NCBI GenBank assembly: GCA_973895155.1
Contig: OZ316894.1
Coordinates: 10,092,379-10,156,378, forward strand
Length of the DNA stretch: 64,000 nucleotides
Reading direction: 5' to 3'
Source: Marsupella aquatica
Lineage: Eukaryota > Plantae > Marchantiophyta
Below the pieces are notes generated by a model. The model was not told the origin of the DNA. It worked only from the letters and a program-made list of their open reading frames with translations, and did not search any database. Shown piece after piece: positions 26,245 through 39,700 of this stretch. The stretch's first letter is position 1; each line of letters opens with the position of its first letter. A program made the translations under genes and the position numbers.

Positions 26245-27359
26245 TTAGCAAAGAGGTTTGTAAAGAGGTTTGCACCTTTACAGATTATACACTTCCCAAA
26301 GTTGTTAATTAGATTTGTTTCAAAGTTGTACTAAATTAGAATTCACAGAAAAGATCAGTGTACAAATAGGTTTATTTTGTTAGATTTTCACAGGTGCCCA
26401 TTAGATTCTCTTCTCAGCGTAAAGTTTCCGTAGGCTTCGTTTTCGTGTGTTTTCCTAATACATATGCTGTACATGATTGTGCTGGAGACCTGTTTCAACA
26501 AAGAACTCACTTTAGAGACAAATTGAATCCATGCGACAGTTTGTCAGGCTGTTGGGTGGAAGGTGGAATTAGTTCCTTTCCCATTCAAGATATCCCCTTA
26601 TTATTCGAACCCACTGACACTGGCTTTGAAGATTGGCTTTGGTACCAATTAGTTTTTGAATTATATTTTATAAGCCCCAAGGCAAGGCAAGGCAAGGCAA
26701 GGAGGGGAGGGCCTGTGGGGATATGTTTTTGATAACTTTTTCAGTCACCATTCCCTGAAGCTGTCAGCCTGTTTTTTCAACCCACATATAACTGAGGTGA
26801 ATTTTTGGCTCTGGTACCATTATTTTCATTATTTATTATAAGCCCAGTGCTTGTCTGTTGCGAGACAAGGAAGGGAAGGGAATGGAAGACAATAAGGAGA
26901 AGGGGGTTGTTTTTTGGCAGTGATGAACAGAAATATTGTTATCAAATAACGAGTATTTTTGCCTTCCCACACGATATTTCATACATACTAATTAGGGACC
27001 CCCATGAGAGGTCTCTTGCAAATTCCCTGCCATGAGGTTGCGCCACATCACCACAACCAGCCACAAACAGGAATGATCCTCCTTTTAACAATAACAAACG
27101 TGCACAGTCCTGTTTGTGGCAAAAGCAACGTAATTTTTGGGGCGCCATACCGTAAATATTGAACGTAAAAAAACCAAAATACAAAGAGAGATATGTCATT
27201 TAGTAAAATAAAGTTACCATTTTTATGTTTGTCAAAGATATATCAGTGTTTTATATCAAAATGCTTGTATTTTTTAATTATTTGCAAGCTTGAAAAAACC
27301 AACCAATAGAAATGTACATAGTTAAAACCCCTTTGGCTTCACATTGTAAAATTAAATAA

Positions 27360-27860
27360 TCAATCTTCTTAGTACTTGATAAAATATGTCAATGTTTGAT
27401 TCATTGGAAAACTCAAGATCAAGATTTAGAAACTCGTGACCTCTTTAGTATTGTCTTGATAAAATCTCTCAATTTCACACTCATTGGAAAGCTAAAGTAA
27501 AATTAAAAACTCATCATCTCCTTAGTACTTGACAAAATCTATCAATGTTAGGTTCATTGGAAAGCTAGAGAAATTCAGATACTCATGATCTCTCTAATTC
27601 TTGACGAATAATCTCAATGTCACACATTAGAAAGCTAGAGAGATTGAAAACCTTGTGATCTCTTTAGTATCGTGACAAAATCTGACTTAAAATTTGTCAA
27701 TGTCGGACTCAATGTTGGAAAGCTAAAACAATTCATGGACTCATGATCAATATTTCTTATACTCACACTCATTGGAAAGGCAAAGAAATTAGAAAAACTC
27801 ATTTGGAACTTGACAAAATTTGTCAATCTGAGGCTCATTGGAAACCTTTTCTCGATTAAG
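27360..27860. repeat. Degenerate tandem array of ~60-85 bp units (ctcattggaaagcta...ctcatgatctc..tagtacttgacaaaat)
   Basis: About 6-7 recurrences of (t/c)attggaaa with shared spacers. Confidence 0.8.
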
Positions 27861-29403
27861 AGATATCACAATCTCATCACCGTCTCAAACTTAGCCGTTG
27901 AAAATTGATTTCTTTGATTACGTCGCCATCCCTTGTCCACAATGCTTGCTTTCCGGCTTGAATTGTTCGCATTCCTCTAGTCTTCAACTGAAGCTCACTC
28001 TGAACATAGGTTGACGCCAAATGCAGCCTCTATGTCAAAGAAACAATCGTTGGGCTCCCTTTCACACCATAGCTTTCTTAAATAAAAAAAATTACAAATC
28101 CTTCATGTGAAGCGATGACTCGTTTGTTTTGTGTGTTCTTCCCACCGAATCAACAAGCGCTCTTTTGCCAATAGCTAAGTGTTGTCCTCTAGTCTGTCTT
28201 GTGGCGGTAATGCTCAATGTAACTCACAAACGATCAATCATGAATGATAGAAACACGATTTCTCCAATGTATAAGCAAAAACCGTCAAAAAACTCATTTC
28301 CTCCATATTCAACATTCCGTTGATAAATCTCCTCTATCTTTTGAGCGTTTTCTTTTGTACGAGCACACACCAAGACCATCGGGAGACTCAAAACCGTCGA
28401 TTACCGCCTTGTTGAAAATTGATTTCACTTCATCAAACACACATTCTTTGGATGAACATGGGAGTCCACGGATTAATTTCATGCTTGTAGGCCATTGTGA
28501 GATATGATGCCCCATGGATTTGAGGGACTCTTGCCCATAATGCTCTACAACTATAATATTAACACACTTGAAGATCTAAGATTTATATGTTTATTAATAA
28601 TGTTAATTTTAATGAAACATGAGGACCATCTTTCTCACAATGGAGAGTTTTATACGATGGGTTTGTAAAGAACTTGATTAATTGAGCCGTGTCATCTGAT
28701 ATAAACTTTTCAATCGGTGTAACGAATATAAACAGTGTGGGAAGAGTCATTCCCTTATAGTTTGGCGTGCCCGGCTTTTGTTTTTTGCCGTCGTTTCATG
28801 TCTTTGACGAGAGGACAGTACTGTACTGGAAAACGGTACCGTTGGGCCGGGTTTCCGCCCGCTTCTAGTTGGGACAAAAGAAGAAACCAGCTCGACGTAC
28901 TGGACCGTATGCCCGGTGCCCGAGACGCCGTCGCCAGTCCTCAGCCTATGACCTTCCGTCATTGACCGGTTGTCCAGTTGCCCGGTTGCGGGGATGCCCG
29001 TGAAGGACGGGTCTTTTTGTCTTGCCTACTGCCGTGCGCCGGCAGCCCGGCGCGCTTGATGGACGTAGGGGCAGGAGGACCGGGGACACCCTGACGGTCT
29101 GGCAGATCGAGCAGGTAGGCACGTTTCCCGGACGAGGCAGCGGGTACCATTTTGAAGGTGGAGGATATTTTAGCTGGGAATATTAATATCTTAATAGTGT
29201 TCATCTCGAATTTGAAGACCCATAGACAGCAATGTTGGTCTTTGAAACACCATGGATCACATTTAAAAAGAAAAAACGACTTAATTCTAATGATTTGATA
29301 GTAATGAATTTAGAATGGGTTTAGTTTTTGGAGATAGACGACACGGTACGATTTTTGAACAATTTTGGTTGAATTTTCATCATAAACTGAAGAGAGGAAA
29401 TTG

Positions 29404-29907
29404 TTGTTAGATAAGAATATATAGAAAGGGACAAAACAGAGTACAAATGAACAAACAAAAGAGGATCCAAGTGGACAAAACCAAACCTAAAAGTGAAACC
29501 ATAAACACCAAGAAAGAGGAACTAAAAATAAGAAATGAGCAATAGGGAACCCCAAGAAACCAAGAAAGTGTACCTAAAACCAACCCAAATGGACCCAGGT
29601 CCTCATCATTCCTAGCAAATGTGGCAAAAAGCTAATGGTCCACATCAAGTGTCAAAACTAGATCGGCAAGTGGGATTGGAACATCCTCTAGGGGACCTAG
29701 GCGCTGCGGAGGCACAGTAGCACCCACTGTAAGAGATCGACGATAGATGCCCCAAGCTTGAGCACGCTGTAAGGTGACTGAAATGTGTTGGCGAAAGTGC
29801 GTGGTCAAAAAAAATAGCAAGGGTCCGGTGGGACCCATTCGACCATGAACATCCCGGGAAGCTTGCTGAAGAAGCCCATCAAACTGAGGATGAAGACACC
29901 CAATCAA
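29404..29907 (-). mobile_element. 5'-truncated non-LTR retrotransposon, CRE/R2-like restriction-endonuclease-like (REL) C-terminus
   Basis: Minus ORF GCLHPQFDGLLQQAS...FRQHISVTLQRAQAWGIYRR resembles the REL-clade C-terminal motif G.L...(F/W)RQR.S..LQR.(Q/N)A. It is followed by a pyrimidine-rich 3' UTR and a caacaa tail. It interrupts the dispersed repeat between aaattg and attag. Confidence 0.7.
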
Positions 29908-32900
29908 TTAGGAATATTTGGACTTTTGTTTTCTCATCTCTCCACTGTTTTTTTGGTCGTTCCTCTGTTTTTTTAATTCTCCTCCTTCTCTGATTGCCTT
30001 GCAAGTGCAAATCTAAAAATTATTTCATGACTTATTCATCCAGCTATGCATCACAAACTCCCATAGACTACCAACATGCTGTCTATGGGAGCACTGTAGC
30101 CCACATGGTGGCCCATCCTGGCTTCAGTTGGGGTTCTATCTCTCAATTCTTCTATTCCAAGAAACACTCTATGCTCTGAGCTTATTTTTAAAAGTGCCTA
30201 ACAAAAGTACAATGAAGAAAACGGGGCCCCATAGAAACACCAAACTAAGACCTGTACAAAGGTCAATATGATATACCTAGAAAAAGGAAAAAGAGAAGGA
30301 CCAAAAACGAGGGAAAATATAGTAGCAGTAGCAATGCCATTAGAATAGGGTGCATGGTATACTCTAACCAAGGTGAGATTTGGAACTATATACTTACCCT
30401 GTAAATACTAATTTCGTAACACTGCAAGCAATAGCAATTCAGTGCGAATTTTGCAAAATATTCATTTGTGGTGGGCTGTCAAAATTGTAGCAATTAGACC
30501 CAATGAAAAGTACATGACAGTGCCAAAAGTTAGCGCCTAGCACCGAGAGACAGTTTCCCAAATACAAGAGACCTAATGAAGGGGGAATAAGGGAAAAGCC
30601 CAAGTAATAGAATTTCCCGGCTTGGCAATCTCTCACCAAGGACATGTGATTATGAATTGGGTTCCACTCCATGTTGGGTGGGTATGTATTCTGAGTCAAT
30701 GTAGGACTGAGTGGAGATTTATATGAAAAACAAAACTACACATTCGTTCTGCCTGCAGGCAAGTCGAACTGCTTGCTCATGGGAAGTTTTGTTCTCCCTC
30801 GGAAAATAGGAATGAGGCCAATGTAATAATTTTCCGGCTGCCCCCAGATATTTGGAGAGTAGGGGACAAAGCCTCCTTGAGACTATGTTGTTATGGATAA
30901 ATTGACTTCATTGAAGATCAAAGATTCTTAATTCCAAAATCAAAGCCTGGAGTATGACCCAAAATGCTGGCAAACGTTGTCAGAACACTACTCCAATTCT
31001 GGAGCTCCAAATGCTTCTTTGCTAAAGAGACCTTCCAGAGCTGGAGCAAGCTGTCATTATATATCTGTTTAAAGAATGGGGTGAGATGAAGCATAGTCTC
31101 CCAAAAAGCAAGTCACAATATATTGTCTCACTAACACAGTTTGCCTCATGAAAGTCTTGGTTGAGGTTGTGGGGGTGATGTTGCGAGGTGAAAGTTGTGA
31201 CATTCTAATCCAGCAAAACTCCTTTGACATAGAGTGAAGCACATTCGAAAGCCATTCAGGCATGATCAGCCCCTATTCAATGCCTGGATAATAGTCACTC
31301 AGCCCCCATTTCACCTTGAATCCACGCCTGGATAACAGTCACTCACCCCCCATTTAGACACTTTATGAAACCTTGAATACATGCCTATAGTCAGACTCAC
31401 CCCCCACTTGGACACGTTATGGACAGCCCTATTCTTTTGTATTTGTGCCATGGAGAAAAGGGAAAAAATTACCAGTATTATTATACAGTGCCCTCGTTTT
31501 GCTGCGCTGTATTATTCTGTATAGCGCTGTGGAGTCCAGTCTAACGCACTACACTATACCTACATGACAAAACAGAGTTGGGTTCTCGAGACTGAGCGTC
31601 CACCTTATCTTCCCTTTCTCTGGAAATGCTGGAAAATCCGGGGAAAAGGAGATCTGGTTTGCTGACAGTGCAATTAATGCGATCAACATGTGACCAAAAT
31701 ATGCGCTTCGTCCAAAGCTAAAGCCCAAGTCCGATTAAACGCTGATATGTCAGTGGTGACATTCTCTCATACATGGCTGCTCATACCGCGTGGCTCATGT
31801 GGATATACAGAATTTTTATTCCGCCAGGGTGGCGAATGTCACCATATGTGACTGAGAAGATGCTAACAATGTTTTTTATTAATTGTTTTTTCGTTTCATA
31901 AATATTTGATTGGTAGGTCTCCCTTGATTTCGTGAAAGATACTCATCGGATTCCGGCTAAAGGGGTCGAAATAGATTAGCACACCCCTTCAGCCAGAATC
32001 GCACGACAGCTAAGGACCCTTTAGCCAGAATCTGGACAGCTAATCGAAGACAAAAAAAAAATTGGCTAATTTCTGCTCAAACTGGTTAGGCAAAATCTGG
32101 AAATGTTTGACACCGATGGTGTTCATAGTATGATAGACAAAATAACGGACCTGTTATCTGATCCTAACGACAAGTCAGTTGGAAATTCTCAATTGCAAAA
32201 GTAGTTCTTACTTCGTTCCAGACTTCCAGGGGTGATAAATCTCAGTCTAAATTTAGGCTATACCTAGCCAAAACATGACTTCATTGCCAGTCACACCACA
32301 TAGGACCTTTTTTGGCAAGATTTTTGCTTCATAAAGTTTACAGGCTGTTATGTCTGGAATTTGATTTTTTACCTCTCTATGGAAACTCCTGGCATATTTT
32401 TCCAGGCCACCGTATTTTGGGGCCAAATTTTGGTGTAGAGTACCAATGTTCTTTAAATTCAAATGAACCAGATTATGCTGACTGTAGTAGAGCCCATCCC
32501 AAATTTCTTAGGTTATGTTTCTTGGCATGTCTCGGAAGGAGATGTACAATATTCCACAGCAGTGCCTCACTACACGCAGGACTGAAGGACAGTCAGTACT
32601 CTCATTTTCATGCTAGTTTTGTAGGATTTTGGATTTAGTACTCACACGAATCAAGAAGGCTGGAATGAGATGCGGGAATGTGTCGAGTAAAGCCTTACAT
32701 AAAGCCCAACTGTGAGGCACTCTATCCATCCTTGATTAATATCAGATGGAAGACAAGATGGACGAGAGAAATTCTATGGCCTGCAACTAGCAAATCAAAC
32801 TGAGCAAGAAACCAGTCATGCCTCACGGCAGGGCTTATGAATGATAATGAAGTCCATTACTTGCATCATTTCTGCTGGTTGCAAGCTCACAGAGTTTGGT

Positions 32901-33744
32901 GCGATATTAGGGGCCCAAACCAAAACAGGAGTGGAGGTCACACACATGGAAGCCACTTAGCCCCATAAGAATTATAGTATAGGTATATGCTCTTGCCCAA
33001 GTGATAATTGGTTCAGATGCACTACCCTTTCACTCAGGCTCCATTTCCCTTCTCCCGTCCGCCTTCGACTGTCCCCTACCCTCAGGTGATCCTCTACCCC
33101 AAGAAATAGAATAGAAATGCTGAGTGGAAGAGTGGTTGTCATGGATTTGCATTTGAAAAGACCTATGCAAAGACTCAGTCCTTTGCAGGAATTTTAGAGG
33201 ACTGAGTCTAACCCAACAGTAAGCGAGTTAGAGACAAACAGGAAGGCCCTGGATAGGAAAACCCTCTCCCATCCCTCTCAAAAAAATTAGAAGCCAGTTA
33301 CTATATCGGCTGCCTACTCCTTGCAACATTTTTTCCTCCTGGGTTTTCTCTCCTTAAACTTCCTCCGGACTCAGCCCCTTGCCAATATCTTGCCGCCTAA
33401 CTCGTAAACTACTCATGTCGCACTTACCATTCAGGCAGAGTCGCAGTATGCTGAGACCTTGCACCACACAAGAACCGTGCATCTTGCAATCCACCAAGAA
33501 AGTATTGTAAAAGTTTGCAGAGCTCTGGCAAGTGAATGTACCCAATAAGCAAATGATTAGTACATAAATGTTCTCTGCTTAACTGTACCCTAGTTTTTCA
33601 TTGATTTCTTTTGGGCCAACTGAACTTTAGTTTTTCGTTTGTTGGCCAGCCTTCCACGATGAAAGCGTTTTACTGTTCCATTCTGCCATGTCAGGCATGC
33701 GCCTATAATTCTGTGCATTCTCGAATAGCATAGCATTGCAGTGG

Positions 33745-34330
33745 GCCACAAGGGCAGTTCGGGCAAAGAGTCGGGCAGTGTGACAAACTATCGTTTGGCT
33801 AATGTCCAAACAGCAATAACACAAAGAGTTTAGTCTGGCGTGTACACGAGTTCGGTGATTCTTAAATGGGTTAAAAATTGAAACATCTTGGCTTGATGAA
33901 AACACAACTTTATATCGGGCACAGAGTCAGGCAGAGAAAACTATAATTTGGGTAACGTCCAAACAACAATACTACAAAGAGTTTAGTCTGTCGTGTACAG
34001 CACACGAGTTTGGCGTTTCCTGGATGGGTTAAAAATTGAAAACAATTTTAGATCGGGCGACAGACTCGGGCCGAGGGAAAACTATCGTTTGGCTAAAGTC
34101 CAAAACACGATAACTCAAATAGTGTGTACACGAGTTTGGTATTTCTTGAACAGGTTAAAAATCGAAACATTTAAAATTGAAAGGGAAAAAAAACAAAAGC
34201 AGGCACAGAATCTGGCAGTGGGATAAACTATACTTTGGCTCACATTCAAAAAATAGTAATGCAAATATTATGTGTGGCATCTCAACGAGTTTAGTGGTTC
34301 TTGAAGGGGTGGAATTTTCGAAAATATTAA
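33745..34330. repeat. Degenerate tandem repeat, ~4 copies of ~145 bp
   Basis: aaactat..tttggctaa.gtccaaa...acacgagtt.gg...ggttaaaaattgaaac at ~33786, ~33938, ~34079 and ~34226. Confidence 0.85.
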
Positions 34331-34539
34331 TGAATAATACACTTTATTACAATGGATTGATGTTGCTGAACAGGTATGTCTGCCTTGTTCATGCATACAC
34401 TCACTAGGTTTGGTGATGGTTCCTGGATACTTTTCCAAAATACCCCTATGAGTTTTAAATTTAAGAATTTTAAAAATTTGCTAGTTTCTGAAATACCCCT
34501 CCTATTTCTCTGGTAATTGATCTCTATGGTGCTTCCTCT

Positions 34540-35240
34540 ACACGTTGCACCTTAATCAGTGAGAGAACATTTGTTTAGGTCTACTTGGGGATTCTCACAG
34601 CCAATTTCTCATTGCTTTGAGAGGCAGCAGAGCGCGCACAAGGGAATGGAGTGCTAACTAATTTCTCTGATAATTGTGCGTATGCCACTAATCTCTCCAA
34701 GAGTGAAACGAGAGCACAATTGACAGATGGCCAATTTCTCTGGTAATTGTTTGTTATGCCACTAATACTTTGAGAGTCAGCAGGAGAGAGTGCAACTCAC
34801 TGATAGGCCATGTTTCTGGGAATTTATCCTTATGCCATCATTCCTTCCTTTGAGAGTACAGCCGTCTTTTCTGGCAAATTTTCCTTACCCCACCATTTTT
34901 TGGAGAGTCAGCAGAGAGTGATGGACTTAGAACCTATCATTCCCGCAATTGCCCCTTTTACTACCATTCTTTGGAGAGTCAGCAGAGAGTGATGGACTTA
35001 GAGCCTATTTCTCCGGTAATTATCCCTTTTTGCGACCATTCTTTTGAGAGTCAGCAGAGAGTGATGACTGATTGCCTAATTCTTGACTGCTGGACACCCT
35101 TGGAGAATAAAGCGAATTGTGTAAAGTTCAGATTGTCTTATCTTGTTAGTCAAGTTATATTATTAAAGCTACCATTCTCTCGAGAGTCAGCAGAGAGTGA
35201 TGTGCTGATAGCTGATTTCTCTAATATTTGTTCCTTGCCG
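34540..35240. repeat. Degenerate tandem repeat, ~70-bp unit (gagagtcagcagagagtgatg)
   Basis: The core gagagtcagcag(g)agag occurs at ~34772, ~34903, ~34973, ~35046 and ~35182. Confidence 0.85.
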
Positions 35241-36523
35241 ACTGTACCCCATTCTGCCACCACACATTTTCAAGTATGATCCCATATTGGCATCCATGCA
35301 TGTCTATGTATATTCATTTCTTTGCAACACTGACGCCCTGCATGCCCTAAGCCCTTGCAAAATACTAATAGTTTAATACCATGAGTTTTCGGGTACATTA
35401 TTTTCGAGTCTATCACCAGTCTCGATCACTGATGAGGTCCCCTTCACCTTAATTAGTGTTAGTCACACTTATCCAAGAGCTGACATTTCAAAGGCTTTAC
35501 TCATCAGTTAGTGTTATTCACACTAATTTTTATAGCACTAACTTGTGGGCATGAATGAAGTTTACTTTATCTAAAGAGTGAAAAATAGTAAAACGAATCT
35601 ACTTCGAAGCATACACATGATTTAGTGTTATTTTGGGGTCAAGGCCACTTTTCCTCAAATTAGTAACACTACTTTGGTGGTAAACATTATTTTGACGTAA
35701 CACTAATTACAATCAACGAGCACATTTAGCATTAGTTTCCAATTAATAAACATCAATATGTGAATGTGACAATGAGGCACTATTTTCCTCCACACAATTT
35801 TAAACTAAAATCTAGTGTAAACGCAAGAAGCCATGACCAGCATGCACTGTTTTACTCCACACAATTTAATTATTCTAGATTAACTGGGTGTCGTTTCTAT
35901 GCACAACTACCGGGAGGCCAAAAATTACCCATGGATGTAATGCTATGGACTATTCATCCTAATAATCCTATGATCCTACCCATGTGCTATGAACCCATAA
36001 TTAATGCACCCTGAGAGGCATTCCCGTCCCGTCTTTCAGTCATGAATGTGTCGGGAGATATGCAACAGTACCATACGGAAGGAGCCATTTATTTTTTAAT
36101 TTTAGTGCCCCACGCAGACGGAGTTACGGACGGATCAGGTTTCCCCAGAGACGCATATTACACGTCCGGTTGGCTCCGCGTTTGTAGGCATGGAGGCCGC
36201 GACGTGCGCGCCCCCGCCCCGGCCCTGGCCCCACGCTGCCCCACAAAGCACGGGCCCCTGTACTGTACGGCGTCCAGCCTTCCAACTACTGTACGGCGGA
36301 GGATAGACTTGACTCAGACCGGCTGACCGGGGTCTTGCTTGCTTGTCTCGTCGTTACATACATTTTCAGCATCATTTTTTAGTATGGAGAGAAATTCGCT
36401 CGGTGGAATCTGAGCCATGTCCTTTTTTTTTAAATTGTTTTATTTTTCGTCAATCTGGCTAGTGTCAATGACATTTCAACAATATTGGGAGGAGGCCTTG
36501 CCCTCCTCTGCCCTTGTCACAAC

Positions 36524-36710
36524 CTTTTTAGATAGAGGGTGCTAGGTTACATTTTAGAGTGCTCAAGTTTTCATCATCCTTCATAGAGCCTAGTGTCTAT
36601 GAGATTCACTATTCCCTTACACTCCTCTTTCCGTTGTCACAATCTCTTTAGATAGAGGGTGTTAGGTTACATTTTAGAGTGCTCAAGTTTTCATCATTAG
36701 TCATAGAGCC
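36524..36710. repeat. Tandem duplication, period 120 bp
   Basis: tttagatagagggtg.taggttacattttagagtgctcaagttttcatcat occurs twice. Confidence 0.85.
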
Positions 36711-39700
36711 ACGACAGTTACTTTTTGGGTCTCCAGATAGATTCCTCTTCATGACACTGCCATGTAATTAATTCCACAGTTTTACTAGGTTTTCATTTTC
36801 TGTGCTATAGGATTTTAGTTTTCAGTTTCTTAGTGAACTTTTTCTTGTTGTGGGGCACTCGTTTGCCACATACCCTTAGATTTAGATTTGGCTAATTGGG
36901 TCTATGGAGTGGTGGGGACTTGACTAATGGAAGAGAAAGCTTTATGGTGGGATGGAATCTAGCAAAAACCTACCCCTAAAAGAAATGCTAGCTTGGTTAC
37001 TTGCCTCATGCATAGCTTTTAGAAGGGTTTTATTCTCGAAAGAAATTGGTCCAGAGAATGCTGAGCCAGCTTAACTGTGAAGGTTTTTTAAAGTGTGTGC
37101 CCATTTTTTCTATTGTGACCTTGTGTGAAGGAGAGGAGACCAGGGAGTATTCTTTATCTATTGTAAGGATGGTGGTTACATTCTGACTAATTGGGTCTTG
37201 GGAAACTGGTTAATGGAAGAGAGAGCTGTTTGGGGACTGAAATGTACCCCAATTATGCCACTAGATTTGAGCATGATGTTTGTTTAGCATAGATGTTATC
37301 TGGGTGGGACCTTGCAACAATAACCACCGTGGTGAGATGCACTTATGCGCTAATTTCTTTGTGGGTCTCAAGGGCCATCCGATTGGGGCTGTGCTTGTAA
37401 CCAGCAATAAGAGAGTTGGAAGAAGGAGAGTATAAAACCTATAATTAGCAAAGGCTTCTCTCATCTTTCCCCCAAATATGTGAAGCCTACCTGAAGAAGA
37501 GCTGCCTTTTGCTTCTGTTGGATCCCACCATTCAATGGTCTCAGCCATTGCACTCACATCTGCACACAAGGTGAAAACATGAAGGGCTTTTCTCATAGTT
37601 AGTCATCCCAGCAAGTTTAGCCCAGCGGTGGCAATCTTCACTTGACCAGCGCTTGCATGTGCCTCCATCCTCAAGGCAAGTTTCACCAAAGCGCTCATAT
37701 CAGGGTAATTTTCAGATTTTTTTTGCCAGGGTGGAGAATGTCATCTTCTGTGAAGAACAACATACTAAGGACATGTACTTTTCCTTGTTTATCCCATGAC
37801 CATCAGATCTCCCAAGATTCAACGATAACCATCCAATCTGAGATTAATAGGGTCCCAGTCAGTGCTATCAATCTGCCACTCAATACTGTAGGATTACACA
37901 CAATGGGAAGGTGTACACATGAGGATGCATGACACAAAGAACCTTGCCAAATTTGTCTAAAAGTGATTTTCATCGAGATAGGCTTACCTGAATATCTGGC
38001 ACACAAAAAAATACTTTGCACACAAAAAGCTTGACACTGACAAATTAAAAACTTTGAAGGAGACTATTATCATCATAAAGACTTTCGTGACTTTTCTTTA
38101 AGTGCATTAATTCTCCATAATGCACCCCTTTTTTGAGGAGGGGATTATACAAAACACCATAAATATAGTAAAAATAAAAACTAAATATAGTTTTACCAAA
38201 CAAAAATTAATTAACTTTAATCGAGATCTCAAGATAATAACCAAAGTGATACTAACAAAATATCTATGAATAGAATCTAATATAATTAAAGAAGGTATAT
38301 TTTTGGCCAATTTCATAGCAACCACTTCTTGGATGACCTTTTAATTTGAATTTTTTATTTCAAGGATTCAATTTATTTTTTGTTATCTAAAAGTCACTCA
38401 AGTTTTTAGGTACATTGTTGTCTTAGTTAAGGGCATTATGAGAATATTACCCTCAAAACTAGGGTCATTGCCTTCGTTTTTAAGTGCATTATATCCCACA
38501 ATGCCCTCTAACCAGGACATTATCCTATTCAAAATGGAAGGGTAGGCGGAAGAGGAGGATCCTATGGTGATAATAATTTAGGTTACTTGAAACCGTGGAC
38601 CCGATTCCCGAATGCATAAGTTTTGTGTGTCCTGGGGTCCCAGTGCCTGCCCTGCCCGCAGGCAGAATTGTCTCATACTCTCGCGCCCTTGGATTCCCCA
38701 GTACGGCAGTACCTGATCAGTATTCTGTCGTGGTTTGAAGTGGCGTCTGATAAATTTTCTTACAGCCCGCGGGCCGCGGGCAAGAGGGAGGTAGGTGCCC
38801 GACGGGAGAGCCGAATACGGGCCAACATCAAAGCGGGGCAGACATGCATACGTAGACGCGAGACGGACAAGGACGACCGTATACGATACAGTTTGCACTG
38901 CACACGCCGTAAGCGTATTTCTGTCTGCCCGGAGCCCCGGACTACTATAGTTTTTTGCAGGCCCTGCATGACTGCGGCCAGCACGGGCGGGAATGGATTT
39001 GGTTGGTCAGTCTGACGTTGTTTCGCGGGAACCCTAACGCAGTGTTTCCCGGGAAGTAGCGCAAACGGCAAACCTTTGTGTAGTTCTTTATTTATATTTT
39101 TCTTGGTGGTTATTGCATCTTGTTTCTTTGTATTTTTCTTGATGGTTGTGATTCTTTTTGCTTGGCTTAGCTGACCTAAGCCTCTAGCATATGCGGAGAA
39201 CAGAGATATTTAAATTTATAAATATCAAATTATTATAATTAAACTAACAATTGGCTAAATGTGGCCATGGAAGTTTCAAAAACAAACCTTGTGGTCCATG
39301 GGTACTTCAAATTCTGGTATGAGCCACTACCCCTTGTATGGCCAGGGGTTGTGAGATTAGGGCCCATGGCTAGTCCGGGTTATCCACACAGTTTTTCAGG
39401 TCATAAATACAATTACACTTGGGGCTTGTGCTTGATTCATGGCCACTTGGGGATGATGACTGTAACCCCTCTGGCTCACCGCCCTCATGGAGTACATCTT
39501 ATAACCATGAGTCACCCTACAAACAATCTCTAAGGTTATTCCTTTTTTCCCAGTGTGGCTAATGGTCCATAAGGAACTGCTAGGAATTGTTTTTTGCCAA
39601 AAGTCCGTGAAGTATGTTTTGGAGAGGTGTAATCTAGTTTTACCACTAAAAAAGACTCTGGTCTGGAGCCTTGCCTGGCCCGGGTTGGTTGGCCCGGGTT

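Noticed and set aside
27860-28515. Degenerate transposase-like reading on the minus strand
   Set aside because: No diagnostic catalytic motif could be recognised; left unassigned.
30400-33550. Short ORFs in CpG-poor DNA (similarly 14600-17150, 37260-38020, 39500-44200)
   Set aside because: No recognisable domains or exon chains; probably old TE debris.
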